Below, piece by piece: positions 12,023 to 25,155 of a stretch of DNA of 64,000 nucleotides. The notes beneath the pieces are model-generated. The model was not told the origin of the DNA. It ran no database searches and saw only the letters and a program-made list of their open reading frames with translations. The stretch is from Carcharhinus amblyrhynchos. Taxonomy: Eukaryota. The stretch covers positions 48,732,001 to 48,796,000 of the forward strand of contig OZ336884.1 of assembly GCA_965287045.1 (NCBI GenBank), in the 5' to 3' direction. Position numbers and translations under genes: made by a program. Each line of letters begins with the position of its first letter. The stretch's first letter is position 1.

Positions 12023-12234
12023 AAATATCTTAAATTTTAAATTAATTGACCATGCAAGAAATGTATTATTGTTTCGAATTGACTCAGTTTTCCAGAAGAA
12101 GATCAAAAAACATTTCAATGTTTACTTCATTGCTTTCAATCCCCCCCATCTCAGAAAATCCTTTTTCAATCTCAGGTTTCATTAGAATCATACAATAATA
12201 TAACAAGAATATGTATGCTGGAAATGTGTAAAAC

Positions 12235-12575
12235 ACTAGTCAGACCATAACTGGATTATTCTGTGTAGTTCTGGTCACTGCACTATTGGAAAGATTTGAT
12301 TGCAACTGGAAGGGTATAGAGGTGATTTACAAAGCTGTTCCCCAGATCAGACAATTTTAGTTATGAGGAAAGATTGGATAGACTGGAGTTGTTTTCCCTG
12401 AAACCAAGGTTGAAGAGGGAAAACTAAATTGAAGTGTATATAATTCAGAGAGACAGATGGATTGGAAGGCCCAATTCCCCTAAGGATTTACGGAAAGAGG
12501 TAGGAGATTTAGAGGCCATTCACATGTTTCACTCAGAGGATGGTGAAGATCTGGAACTCACTGCCTAAAGTGTCA
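12235..12575 (+). mobile_element. Old CR1 3' fragment
   Basis: Decayed LVRP.L.Y..QFWS...YEERLDRL...FTQR motifs. Confidence 0.7.
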
Positions 12576-12585
12576 TAAGGTGCAA

Positions 12586-12910
12586 TAGTGGCACGGTGGC
12601 ACAGTGGTTAGCACTGCTGTCTCACAGTGTCAGAGGCCTGAGTTCAATTCTGACCTCAGGTAACTGTCGCCCTGGAGTTTCTACGTTCTCTCCATTCTGC
12701 TTGGGTTTCCTTCAGATGCTTCAGCTTCCTCCCATGCTCCAAAACGTGTGCAGTTGAAGTAGATTAGCCATGCTAAATAGCCCCTTAGTGACCGTGAGAT
12801 TAGCAGGGTAAATTGTGGGGTTACAAGGATAGGGCTTATATGGATTGTTGCTGGTGCAGGCTCAGTGAGCTGAATGGCCTCCTTCTTCACTGTGGGGATT
12901 CTATGAATCG
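12586..12910 (+). mobile_element. HE1-type V-SINE, tail A
   Basis: A-box GGTGGCACAGTGGTTAGC, B-box GAGTTCAATTC, V-domain, GGGATTCTATGA end. Confidence 0.9.
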
Positions 12911-13799
12911 TAGACCAAGAGGTTTAAAATAGGATTAGGCTACTTGTCAGTGAATGTTGCTACTGGAGATTATCATAAGGCAGCAAAGAGGGAAAAAATT
13001 TAGAAGTGCAGTTCTTACCGAGTAGGTAGTTTCGTAAGCATTTAGGCTGCAAGTACTGGGGTATGTTGGGGGCCATGAGCCAGCAGGGATCACGGGGAAA
13101 TAAGAGGCAAGACCAGGAACCCTGATAGTTGGACTGATGACAAGTCCAGCCAGGCCTGAATATGGGAATAAACTACTCTGAAATAGGGACAAATAGCAAT
13201 GAGCTACAGCAGATGTAGACTGCTGGGCATGAGAAGTGCAGAGGTGAAACATGGGGCAGGAAGGTAATGAGGACTGTTGCCTCAGTGTGCGATGTATCAC
13301 CAAAGCACAAGCTACCTTGTTGTATAAGAGCATCAATGCAATGAGGTACTTGACCACTCCAGGCAGATAGTTTCTGACATGTGTCCTGATTGAGGATCAC
13401 CTCAGGCCTTGCAGGCCTTGTCAGTATGTCTGCCAGTATCCGAAAAGGTCACTCTGCCTTTGAGCCACAGAGCATTTGCCTCTGGGTCATTCCAATGATC
13501 GGCAACAGACCTTGCTGGCATTTCTCAGCCAGCAGCATGTCACAGCATGAAACAGCCTTGAGAGAATAGGGGAATATAGAGTTCCAAACAGATGGGGCAA
13601 TGCCGGCTCGGAGACCGCTGGAATTTGCCTCCATCACTGGATTCCCCCAGGTACGGGGTGGGGAGGGGGTTTCCAGACCCATGTCACCATCAGGATGTCA
13701 CTGAAAAATCAGAAAAATCCATCTTTCAGAAGGCCTTCCACTCCCGAAGCATTCATTTGGTCCGTGGCCATGACAAATAGTTTCTGTTGATACATGCAC

Positions 13800-14570
13800 A
13801 TTACCCTGGCAGTTAGGATATGTTGGGAACTTTCCACACTTTAGCAGCAATCTCTCTCAGTCTCTCAGATGAGACTGGATTGGCTGTATCAGCTCAATCT
13901 CCTAAGAACTGTGGCAGCAAGTGTTTGGCAACAGCTCCAACTCTGCAAGTCAACAATAGCCCTGCATATACAATCACACACCAGCACTGCAGTGAGTCCT
14001 AGACTCTGTGTCGGGGTACATAAGAGTGCAAGGAAAAATCCATCAACAATACCTACACTGCATCCTCCAGATTCCGGGGACGATCTTAAAGCCAGATCCA
14101 CAAGAATTCAGGCAAAACTTCTGCAAAGCACCAATTTCCATGGATAGCTTACTATGTGTGGATGGCCCTAAAGATGTCTCTCCTCTGCCAAATATTGCTT
14201 ACTCAATTCTCAAAAGGTAAACATTCCAGGGAGGAGAAGGAAAAACTTCAAAGATACTCTGAAGTTCTCCTTGAAGAGTGGCAGCATTAACATTAATAAC
14301 TGGGAGAAACTGCTACCAATTATTCAAAATGGTGACGACTTGTCCATCAAACTGCACCTGGCTTTGTGACAACCTCTTAATGATGAGACAGAGTGGTGGC
14401 AGAGACAGATAGGAAAGGAAGCAAATCCTGCATGCTGGATCCCATGTGGGACATCCTGGTCCACTGTTCAAAAATCTGTGGTCAAGAGTGGGACTGTTCA
14501 GTCACATGATGATCCATGGTAGAATGTTGCGACCCTGAGTAGGTGCCACCCTCGAGTCAAGGGACAGCTA
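13800..14570 (+). mobile_element. Decayed RTE-clade LINE 3' region
   Basis: Remnant motifs resembling R...ILQI.W.D, LP...L.Q...G, FKDTLK.SLK..I...WE.L and C..C at the end. Confidence 0.55.
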
Positions 14571-17029
14571 CTTCTACTGTTGATGATTATCCTGGCAGCT
14601 TCCATGATGTCTTCAACCTCAGACAATCACAAATGTTGAAATTCTCCGTGGCATTAGCGAGCATCTGAATGGCTGCCTGGGGATAAGCAATATCCATTGA
14701 AAAGATGATTCCTGATATTTTTGCATCACATTTCAGTGGAGGTACAAAAGCGTTCCCCTAATGTCATCTGGTCACGAGGGCTACATTGTACAAAGTAAAT
14801 TAAACAGGCCATTCACTTTCTGAAAATGTGGTTCCAGTGTTTTGAGAAGTCAGGTGGAGCTTTCCAGGCATGTTCTCAAGTGTATTGTGCATTTTGATGG
14901 TCTGCTGTGCTCTCCAGAGAAGTGTGAACCTGAGAGAAAGAGAAGCATTAGCATGGTAAAGTTTCTTGGAGGATGAGGAAGTGGAAGAAGAATATAGGAA
15001 CATGGAAGATAGGAGCAGGAGTATTCACCTTTTGCTTCCCAAATAAAGGCTGCTCTACAACTCATTTAGAGTTGTCTACAACTCCTGGCTCAATGTCATT
15101 TTCTAAACTATCCTGAGATCCCTTAATCCTGCCCTTTCCCCTTTTTTGTGATGAAAATATTTTACACAGACTGTGTCAGTTGTCTATACGACATCCTACA
15201 TCCGCTTTAGGAAGTTGGGGAATTTCCTGATTCAGTTATTGTTTCCGATTTCTGATGGATTGCTGACTGTGAGATGCGACTTGATTTATTGTCTCATGGT
15301 ACTTTCAATATTCGTGTTTTTTTTTCTTTTTGTTACAAATCAGATCTTCCCAGGATGACAGTGGTAGTGGGAAATTAAAGCTACTTGTCTTCGATTTTGC
15401 AGGAGAATTATGCACCATAGCTCCTGATTTAAATTTGTCTCTGATACTTAAACAGTAGTTTGAGAAATCACTTAAATTCTTTGGTTTGACATTTGATGAA
15501 TGATACGGTCAGTATCTAATTTGGAACTGCCTTAGCTTGAGGAGGTAAATCATGTCAATTGCATATTAAAAGTGTAAAGAAACCAAGATATGAACTCTGT
15601 TGCTATTGTGCATTCAGCTTCTACATCAATTCACAAATGCCATTTATTCTGCTTTACTTGTAGTCATGAGACACTTTTTGATTTTTTTTTCCTTGCAAGC
15701 TACATTATGCAGCCTTTGAAGCCTAATCAGTCTGTGTCAGAAACACAGCAGTATGTCTGCCTATGTGTATGAGGAAAATTGTCTTCTAATAACTGATAGC
15801 CTCTGCTAAACAGATTCTTTTGCTGCACACCAAAACTCCCATTTAGAAAAGTGAATTTACTTTGCCTTGTGACATAAAAAAAACCTTCGCATTCACTGGG
15901 CTTTGCTGTACTTCACAAGATGCGGTAAATATTTAATGAAAATTAGGTCAGTGATAATTCAGTATTTGCTCAGTCGTTGTATGATCATAAGTACATGTAC
16001 TGTCAACATTTTGTCGTTCCACATGGGTCATTTGAGATTCACTCTATCTTTTTAACATACAATTTGAATATATTACACTGGGGAGAATAAAAGACCAGTT
16101 TCTCAGTTACTTTGGCCTTTTCCCCATCAACTCTTGCATTAAGTAGACTTGGAGACAATAACAAAGGATTCATCAAGCCTCTTTATGACAAATAGCACAG
16201 AATATGCTCAAAAATTGGTCCGAAGTAAATATGGATTTGCACTGTACTCAGTGTTAATTCATATCTGTTACTGCTTATTATTCATTAAATACGTATTGAA
16301 AAATGCTTTGATTAAAGGCAATTTAATACCAGCAGAGTACAGAGTGACAGCACCCAGTGAAGAAGGCTGAAGCTCTTTCAAGACACAAAAAATATAACCA
16401 TCAGGGTCAGTGCTACAAATAACTAAGTATTTTATAGTCAAATAAAGGAAGTTAAATAACAACGTTAGGCAAGAAAATGTGCTTATAGACATTAAGCCGT
16501 CTGTATAAAATTGATTAGAATAACACAAATGGAAAAATACAATCATTATCTTCTTAAAAATAAATGCGTTCAATTAGTACCAATCATCATAGTGAGATAT
16601 TAATTTAGTTAATATGCAAAGCACATGCAGTACAACATAATCCCCAATTGCTTGATGACATTTGATGCACTGCTCAAGGCCTAATGCAAAACACAGCTCT
16701 ATATCTTTAATAAATCTGACTGCTTTTTAATGACATTCTAACAATATATAGCAGTCTAATAAATAGCTCATGCTTATGGGTAAGGGCTTGTCTTAAATAA
16801 AAAAAAGGAAATGTGACTTAGTTAATTAGACCATTCTTTACTGGTTGTCATCCAGTGTCAAACTAGGCTTTTTTTTCAGTGTTAGTTTCTAGGCCCATAT
16901 TGTTTCATTTTTATCTGAGCAAATGTTTACGTTTTATTATCAAATGATTATTTAAATTATGAGGAAATTCCTCAAAATGTAAAGTTCACAGTCATGCCAG
17001 GAGTAGCATTTTTCACCTTGGTAAAACTT

Positions 17030-17470
17030 GGTCATGGCATGTGGGTATTTCTGGCAATGTCAGCATTTATCACATGTTTCCAACTGCCCTTAAGAAGGTG
17101 GTTGTGAGCTGCCTTCTTGAACCACTGTATTTTGTGTGGCGAAAGTACATGCACAGTGCTGTAAAGGTGGGTGTTTCAGGATTTTGACTCAGTGATGATA
17201 AAGGAGTGATGATCTCTGCTTTGGTATGAAGGGTGCATGGTTTGAAGGGGAAGTAGTGGGTGGTGATGTGTCTATTTCCTTGCTGCCTTTGGCCTTCTAG
17301 GTGGTAGAGATTGTGTGTTTGGAATAAACTTTGATGAGCATCTGCTTTGCATCTTGTATACAACCATGGCACAACTACGGTGGAGGAAGAGAATGCTTGA
17401 AGTAATGTTTGGGAGTAAAGTGGGCCTCTTTGTCTTGGATGGTTTTGAGCTTCATAATTGTTGTTGACAC
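17030..17470 (-). mobile_element. CR1 lineage B 3' end
   Basis: CAGCATTTAT...ACTGCCCTTAAGAAGGTGGTTGTGAGCTGCCTTCTTGAACCACTG is the reverse complement of 22075-22150. Confidence 0.75.
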
Positions 17471-17579
17471 AACAACTTCATATCCCCATAACTTTGAAGA
17501 CCAGCCATGTCAGTCCTGCTGCAAAATTTCAAACCAGGACTAAATCATCAACTTGGAAAACTCTTGCCATTGTTCATAC

Positions 17580-17745
17580 TGGTGGGATCTTACAATCGTG
17601 CCGATGGTGCACTTCATTGTGGTGTTCTTGGCAGTGAGGGATGTCCCGTTGACAGTGGCAGGACAATAACATCCAGCCACCAGAGGAGGGCATGCTACCT
17701 CCCGCCTCTGTCAAACATGCCACAGAGAGGGAGAAAAATCCTGCC
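17580..17745. mobile_element. Short TIR element
   Basis: GGTGGGATCTT ... AAAATCCTGCCC; resembles 37574-38175 once that copy's insert is removed. Confidence 0.45.
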
Positions 17746-17784
17746 CTCCGTCTTTTTTTCTTGAGTCATGACTTTCTTTCTGGG

Positions 17785-19280
17785 ATCCCCCCTCCCCTCC
17801 AAATCTGGGACTATCATATCCAACAGTAAGCAAGTCCATAAGCAACATCCCATTGGTAGCTCAGCTGGCATTACCCTTGTGGTCACATTTGGCGTGGTAT
17901 TGTATGACAACAAGAAACTGGCTACATGTAGAGGTAGGCCTATTAACTAATTTATCCATTGATGATTTGAATGTTTGTATAATGCATTCCGCTAACCTAT
18001 TGGGGGCTGGGTAGTCAGGTGCTGACCTAACATGGCAAATACTACTTGATTTGACAAATTTTCAAAACTCCTCCACTGTAAATGATGTGCCATTGTCCGA
18101 ATCTAGGATGCCATTGATGGCAAAAATATTCCTCAATTTGTCAATTGTGGTAGTGGTCATTGTGGGCTTCATCAATTGGACTTTCAACCATTTGGAATGT
18201 GATATAAGAAACACATGGCCCATTAAAATATCTATGTAGCCTTGCCTGTGATCTATCTGGTCACTCCCAAGGATGCATATTCGACAGTAGTGACAATGCC
18301 TTTTTGGCTTCACAAATGGGGCATTGACGGACCAATCTTTTGATTTCTTTATCAATGCCTGGCCACCAAACATAATTTCAGGCTAGTGCTTTCACCCTTC
18401 TTTGCCCTGGATGTGCATTGTGCAATTTGTGTAATGAAAGTGGCCTCCCTTGGGGTGGAAATACAATATGACGTCCCCCCCACCTCCTCCCTCCACAGTA
18501 ACACACCATCCTCATGTGTTACCTCTGTTCTTCTTTTTCGATGCGCTTTAAGTAGCTCTGACTTATCATATTGTCAACCTTGCATCACCAGCTTCTGAAC
18601 TTTTGATAACAGTGCGTCTCTTTTGGTCCAAGTTTTTATGTTTTTAGCTGAGTATGGCAAAGTCTCTATTGAGTGCAGTACCAGCGCTATCTCTTGTGGG
18701 GCTGCTGGTGATCCTTCTGTTTTGCGCAAGGGCAAATATTTGTGCCCCTGGATGATTCCGGAAGATTTAACCATACACTGCTGTCCCATCTCTGTCCCAT
18801 TGCAGAGGGAGGTGTGGCATGGTCTATCTCCTCTGAATCAACTTAATAACGGCTTGTGATCTTATGCTGTTGTAAAATGTCATCCAAAATTATACTGATG
18901 AAACTTTTTCACTGCATAAATGACCACCAGCCTTTCTTTATCTGTTTAGGGAATACTTTTTTTCTTCCACATTTGATAATGTGCTCAACACAAAGGCAAT
19001 TGTCCTTTCTACGCCATTGAGCATTCAGTGGGACAAAACTGCTCCCATTCCATATGGTGATGCATCGCCAGTAACTACCAACAGCATGATTAGATCAATA
19101 TGCATCGATAATGTTGACAACTGCAAAGCTTGCTTTATTTTTCTGAATCCTTCGTTTTGTTCCTCTTCCCACTGTGAACGCTAATGTTCCTTTAACAGCT
19201 AGTGAAATGAAGCTAAAGTGGTAGACACATTTTGTAAGAATCTACCACAATAATTTACCATGCCAAAATACGAAAGTGTT
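17785..19280 (-). mobile_element. Decayed Gypsy/Ty3 pol remnant (RT C-terminus, RNase H, integrase)
   Basis: Minus-strand peptides DASPYGMGAVLSH, IKTWTKRDALLSKV, SDNGTSFT; purine tract GGAGGGGAGGGGGGA at ~17787-17801. Confidence 0.85.
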
Positions 19281-19493
19281 TGTTACCAACAATAAATAGT
19301 TATTTACAAACAGGGCCTGACAGAATTAAATATGCGACTATTCTCCTCTCCTCCCTGGCTCCAACTGAGAATCCTTCCCAATCAGCGATATGTGCCCTTG
19401 CACCGATTGTCTCGGCTTAACACTTTGCTATTCCATAGCATTTGGCATGATCACGTGACCCTCAGGGAATGTTCCCTTATGTGGACTACAATA
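19281..19493 (-). mobile_element. Short LTR adjoining the Gypsy remnant
   Basis: Minus strand TATTGTAG ... GGTAACA (TG..CA with one change), directly abutting pol sequence. Confidence 0.45.
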
Positions 19494-19757
19494 CTGCACT
19501 GAGCAAAAAGAATGATATTTCTGATTGTTGCAGCTCAATCCTTTCAACCCTAATGCATTGCTGCAGATATTCCTCAGGGTAGTGGCCCAGATCTAAACAT
19601 TTTCAACTACATCTGGGATCTTCCCTCCAACTTATGGCCAGTAAGGCGGTGGGCTGGTGGGGAGTTACCTGATTCACAATGTCTCAGATACTGAAACAGT
19701 CCTTTCCTGGGTTGATAGGAGGCAAGTAACATTGGTACTGAAACATGCCAGGCAATG

Positions 19758-20080
19758 GGGTGGCATGGTGGCACAGTGGTTAGCACTGCTGCCTCACAGT
19801 GCCAGGGACCTAGGTTCAATTCCGGCCTCGTGCGACTGTCTGGGTGGAGTTTGCATGCTCTCCCCATGTCTGAGTGGGCTTCCTCAGGGTGCTCCAGTTT
19901 CCTCCCACAGTCCAAAGATGTGCGGGCTAGGTTGATTAGCCATGCTAAATTGACCCTTAGTGTCAGGCAAATTAGTAGATTAAAGACATGGGGACAGGGC
20001 GTAGGTGGGATTGTTGTTTGTGCAGGCTTGATGGTCTGAATGGCCTCCTTCTGCACTGTAGGGATTCTATCATTCTACGA
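19758..20080 (+). mobile_element. HE1-type V-SINE, tail A, full length
   Basis: tRNA-like head, V-domain, ATTCTAT tail; AATG on both sides. Confidence 0.92.
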
Positions 20081-20280
20081 ATGACCATCTCTAAAATAAG
20101 AGAATCTTCTTACATTGATCCATCACTGAATCCCTCGCCATCAACATCCTGAGGGATTAAGAACTGACCAGAAACTTAACTGGATCTCCCATTAAAATAA
20201 TGTGACAATAGAAATTCAGAGGCTGGGAGTTCTGTGACAAATAACTGGCATCCTATCTCCTCAAAGCCTGTTCACTAATT

Positions 20281-20570
20281 AAGTTTTTTTTAATTATTCG
20301 TCACAAGTAGGCTTGTATTAACACTGCAATGAAGTTGCTTTGGAAAATCCCTGAGTCACCACACTCCAGCACCACTTTAGATACACTGAGGGAGAATTTA
20401 GCATGTCCAATGCACCTAACCAGCACATCTTTTGGATTATGGGAGAAAACTGGAGCACCCAGAGGAAACCCATGTAGACACGGGGAGAAAGTGCAGGCTC
20501 TGCACAGACAGTGACCCAAGCTGGGAATTGAACCTGGATCCCTGTCACTGTGAGAAAGCAGTGCTAATCA
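20281..20570 (-). mobile_element. V-SINE, tail B
   Basis: GTCACAAGTAGGCTT..ATTAACACTGCAATGAAGTT tail plus V-domain. Confidence 0.9.
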
Positions 20571-20952
20571 AAGTACAGATGAGCAATGTTGTGGAATACT
20601 TCACATTTGGTCTATACAAATGCAGCTCCAACAGCACTCAGTGGGCTTAAAGCGAATCAAAACAAACTAACCTGCTTGTTCATCACCCCACCCACTACTT
20701 TAAACATTCACTCCCTTCAACACCAGTAATGCACAGTAGCAGCAGTGTGTACCATCTCCAAGATGCATTATAGCAAATTACCAAGGCTTCTTAGATAGCA
20801 CCTTTCAAACCAATGACTCAACAAAGAACTGTGGGCATGTGGGAACACCATCACCCCTCCAGATCACACATCATCCTGACTTCGAGTAATAGTGTTATTC
20901 CTTTCAATTGCGGGGTTAAAATCCTGAAACTCCCTCCCTAATTGTTCTCTGA

Positions 20953-22053
20953 GGGTGTGAAAACACGGTAAAGTCAGGTGTGAGGCCATTAACGCACCTG
21001 TACCTGTGTCCGTGCAGATGGCCACTTTACCGAAACCCATGGAATGGCAGCCATCCCATTCACGCCCGAAACAGGTGCAATGGCAATTTAAATGTATTTG
21101 CATGCATTTCAATTGAATTAATGAACTGCCCGCCCAACTTTATCAGCATTCCCCCCTTTACCGCAGCGTTTGACGATCCGGAATCGCGCCGAAATGAACC
21201 TGCTGAATAAAAATCTGAATCGGGCACTCCAGCTGCTGGAGAATGAGTTCAGAGCTTCCAACGGCTCTCCGACTCAGATCAGTGGCGGGGAGGAGGAGGG
21301 AGGCGGGTCAGATCATTCTCTAGTTGGGGGAAGGGGAGTGAGGCCAGATAGTTGTCTGGTGGTGGGGGAGGGGAGGGAGGGCTGATCGTTGTCTGGTGGG
21401 GAGAAAGGAGAAGGCAGCAGTAAAGGGGGAAATGATGTTCAGATGTTCCTCTGGGGGGGGGGTGGGGGGGGGGGGGGGTTGCAGTGAGGCCAGACCATTC
21501 CCTAGGGGTGGGGGAATGAGGCCAGATCGTTCTTGGTCTGAGGGGGAAGGGTGAGGGCGTGGAGAGGTGGGAGGCAGGTAAGATGTATCTCTGGTGGTGC
21601 AGGGAGGCCCGATCGCTCACTGGTGAGAGAGGGCAGATGGATCTCTAGTGGGGTGGGGGTTGCCGGGGGGAGGGGGGCGGTCAGCTGCCGCTTTGCGGAC
21701 AATCGGTGGAGGGGAGAAAGGGATAGGGAGTCGTGATCAGTCTGGTAGCAGGGGGTGGGTGGACAAGGGGGACAGTGATGTGTGTGGGGGCCATCGCTAC
21801 CGCTTTTCTCTCCTGGGCCACTTTCTCCGCTTTCCGTGGCCCAGGAGCGATCTGACATGGGCATGCGTTTTCAAATTTTTTTCCAACTGCGCATGCACGG
21901 TTTGGAGCTCTGATTGTTTCAGTGGCGCAAATGGGAGCCGCAATTTTTTTTTCACGCTAAGTGCGTACGGGGCCCCCTGAAAGCAAATTTCCAAGTCGGA
22001 TCTGAATTGCACCCAGATTCAGCACTTAGAATGAAAATGGTAAAATCAGGTCC
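20953..22053. mobile_element. Non-autonomous TIR element with G-rich tandem core (left TIR missing)
   Basis: Colinear with 49483-50453; ends CAGCACTTAGAATGAAAATGGTAAAATCAGGTCC. Confidence 0.8.
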
Positions 22054-22199
22054 TTAGTGTACTTGCTCTATGGGGGCTGCAGTCGTTCAAGAAGGTCGTT
22101 CACCCACCACCATCTCAAGGGCAATTAGTGATGGGCAATAAATGCTGGCCTAGCCAGGGATTGCCCACTTGCCATGAGCGAATGAAAAAGCTTTCTTTG

Positions 22200-22500
22200 T
22201 CACAGTTTGATACAGCTGGGCCATTTCAGAGTCCAGTTAAGGATAAATCACATTGTTGTGGGGCTAGTGTTATACATAGACCTTAGTGGGTAAACTTAGT
22301 AGAAGTTCCTTCCCTGTAGGACATTAACTAACTACTAGGTTTTTAGTGCAATATTTCATGATCAGCATTACTGACACTAACTTTTTAATTCCAGATGTAT
22401 TTAACTAACTGAATTTAAATTCACAGTTGCCGGAATGGGATTGGAAATCACACCTCTAGATCATTAGGCTGGCCTCTGGATTCCGTAACGTAACCATTAT
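22200..22500 (-). mobile_element. SINE type C, diverged
   Basis: Colinear with 57215-57600 (GGCCATTTCAGA, CACATTG.TGTGG, TTCCTTCCCT..AGGACATTA, TTCCAGAT). Confidence 0.7.
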
Positions 22501-24640
22501 GCTAATGTACCATATTCTGCTGTCAAGATGGATGTTAGTTCTTTGTGTTGGTATATCATACAATCATTGTTTTTTTTCATTATTGCTGATTTCCTCCAGT
22601 GCAATCCACTTGTCCTGTCATTGGATGATTGAACATACTGATTATTTTTCTGCAATTTTACACCTCTGTTATCAGATATCCACTGTGAAATTACAGCTCA
22701 GACATCAGACATCCATAGCTCAATGTTCTCAATGACCTTCTCATTGATATTGTGAACTCATCTTGGTTCGACATTGCCCATTTTTTAATGAGAAACGATA
22801 AATAGGAGAGGAATAACCAAGAGTTATACAAAATAACTGATGCACAAAAAAATTACAGGTATATTTGAGTGCCCTTTATTTGTTCTTGACTTAAGTATTC
22901 CATTGCAGTTATGTCACTTCACACATACTAGCCCAAAGGCAACCAGCAATTCACTGGTGACCATCAATTACTTCATATATAAACTAATGATCTGAGTCAT
23001 TATTTTACCCCTAGTGTAATACATCATGAACTTCAAATGATGCACACAATATGATATATAGTTTTTTTCAGTCCATACTCATTCAGTTGACAGTGATGAA
23101 AAACCAAGCAACAAAGCCATTGCTCCATCTGGTTGCTTCATTTAAAAGGTATGTGCTTCCTTTTTCTAAGTACTATATCAATACATGGCTGAGTTAGTTA
23201 AAAGAATTTCGGAACAGTAACTTGCTCACCCACCCTTTCAAATAGGTGCTTCAATTACAGCATTTTACTTGAGTGTATTCACTGTACTCATGGATCAGTG
23301 TGGAAATACATTTGATAGATATTAATTCACTACCCAATTTAAATGAAGTCATACATTCCTTCCTTATTTTTGTACTTTTACCATATGTCTCTATGCTCAG
23401 ATTTATAATGGTAAGCAGGAAATATTCACTGAGGGAAGGCACCTTCTGGGCATCTTACAAAGTCATAATCGAAAGGACCTATTTTGCTGCATTTGACTAA
23501 TAGCATCAGAAAAGGTTATCTCTGATGAATACGCAGCCAACTTGAAGAACAGCAGCTATTTATGAGCTGATCTTACTGGATATTCTGCTTAAGTGTCTCC
23601 TGATCTGTGCAAGGTTCATGTTGCTATTGAGAGCATCAAGAAAGCTCACCCCACAAACATTCCCCCCACCTTTCCCTCACTTAACCACTGTGCAGAAGTT
23701 TGCAGCAAATAAGACATAGAAGATAGGAACCAGTTGTTGTCATAAAAGGATGTATTGTTTATGTTCAACCACACACGTCTCCAGATCTTTCAGTGAGAAA
23801 CCAAACAACCTTACAGTAGTTGTTAGACTTGACTTATAGATATCAGGTGGAATCTCCCAACCAGCCCGCAGCAGATTTGGTGCCAGGCAGATGTGGAGAA
23901 TCAGGCAGGAGCCAAAAATTTGGAAACCTGCTGACATAAAATCAGGTTGCCATTCTCCCAATGGCAGTTCATTCTTCCCACTGGCAGGTGATACAAAAGC
24001 CATTTGCATCTCATCAGTGCTCATTAAAACACCTGCCTCTGGTGTCCCATTAGCTTTCCAATCTTGAGTCACATCAGTGGGAATTTACTTTGGCATCAAA
24101 CCCAATTGCTAATGAATGGTGTGACAAGGCAGTCCTCAGTTCACCAGAGACTACGTGATGAGTGCAACAACTTCATGCCATAGTGCTGTGCTGCTCCTGA
24201 TGTGCTATTCACCACTCTGCCAGGGCAAACCAGTTCCTAACATATCCATGCTGAACTGGTCTTCATCAACAGCACCGTGCTGCTGGATCCATTGTCCCTC
24301 CTGTGTCACCATCTTGATCAGTATTGTGCCTGGGGAGTACAGGGGCCTCCTTCCCGCTGTGTGATGCCACACACCGGTGTCTATCTGGACAGGACAGTGT
24401 TACAGGACTCATGTAGCCACCACAACAAAGACCCAAAGTTTGACTAGGGGTGGAGCGCAAGGGAGTGAGGGGTGTATGACCTTACACACACAAGTGAGCA
24501 ATGTGGAAGGAGGGCCATGCAAGTTGGGGGAAGGGTGAGGAGTCACAATGGCAGGGAAAGAGGCAAGGAGGTCGATGATGAAGATGAACAATGAAAGGCC
24601 GAGGGAAGACCAAGGACAGAGAAGCTGAACCGCAACAAAC

Positions 24641-24953
24641 AGCATGGTGGTATAGTGGTTAGCATTGCTGCCTCACAGCACTAGGGATGCAGGTTCAATT
24701 CCAGCCTCAGGTCACTGATGGTATGGAGTTGTCCTCAGTGTGGGTTTCCTCCAGGTGCTCCAGTTTCATCACACAGTCCAAAGATGTGTAGGTTAGGTGG
24801 ATTAGCCATGCTAAATTGACCCTAGTGTCAGGGAGATTAGCAGGGTGAACACGTGGGGTTACAGGGATAGGGCCTGGATAGGATTGTGGTTGGTATGGAT
24901 TCAATGGGCAAAATGACCTCCTTCTGTACTGTAGGGATTCTATGATTCTATGA
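24641..24953 (+). mobile_element. V-SINE, tail A
   Basis: Head, V-domain, GATTCTATGATTCTATGA end. Confidence 0.9.
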
Positions 24954-25052
24954 AGCCTACATGAAAAGCTCATCAACAAGGGAGGGTTAGAAGGATATCA
25001 ATCACATCGTCTACTGGAAAGGGATGGATGAAGACTTCAGGTGTCAGGTACA

Positions 25053-25155
25053 AAGGTCATAGGTAGAGGAGGGCACTCATAATGTTAAAATGGCGGCGTG
25101 GGCTCGTTGGGCCGAAGGGCCTGTTTCCAGTGCTGTGTTGTTCTTCGTTCTTTGT
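25053..25155 (+). mobile_element. Tail-only copy of the 8312-9067 composite family
   Basis: AATGTTAAAATGGCGGCGTGGGCTCGTTGGGCCGAAGGGCCTGTTTCC closely resembles 8999-9046. Confidence 0.75.

Larger units (their letters stand above)
19540..22190 (+). mobile_element. CR1 lineage B (RT to tail) carrying three nested insertions
   Basis: TTCCTCAGGGTAGTG (PQGS) at ~19570; sequence resumes colinearly after each insert; tail GGGCAATAAATGCTGGCC. Confidence 0.8.

Noticed and set aside
12586-12660. tRNA genes
   Set aside because: A/B boxes belong to SINE heads and run into V-domains; no complete cloverleaf
21270-21720. CRISPR array
   Set aside because: Eukaryotic context, degenerate repeats, low-complexity G spacers, no cas genes
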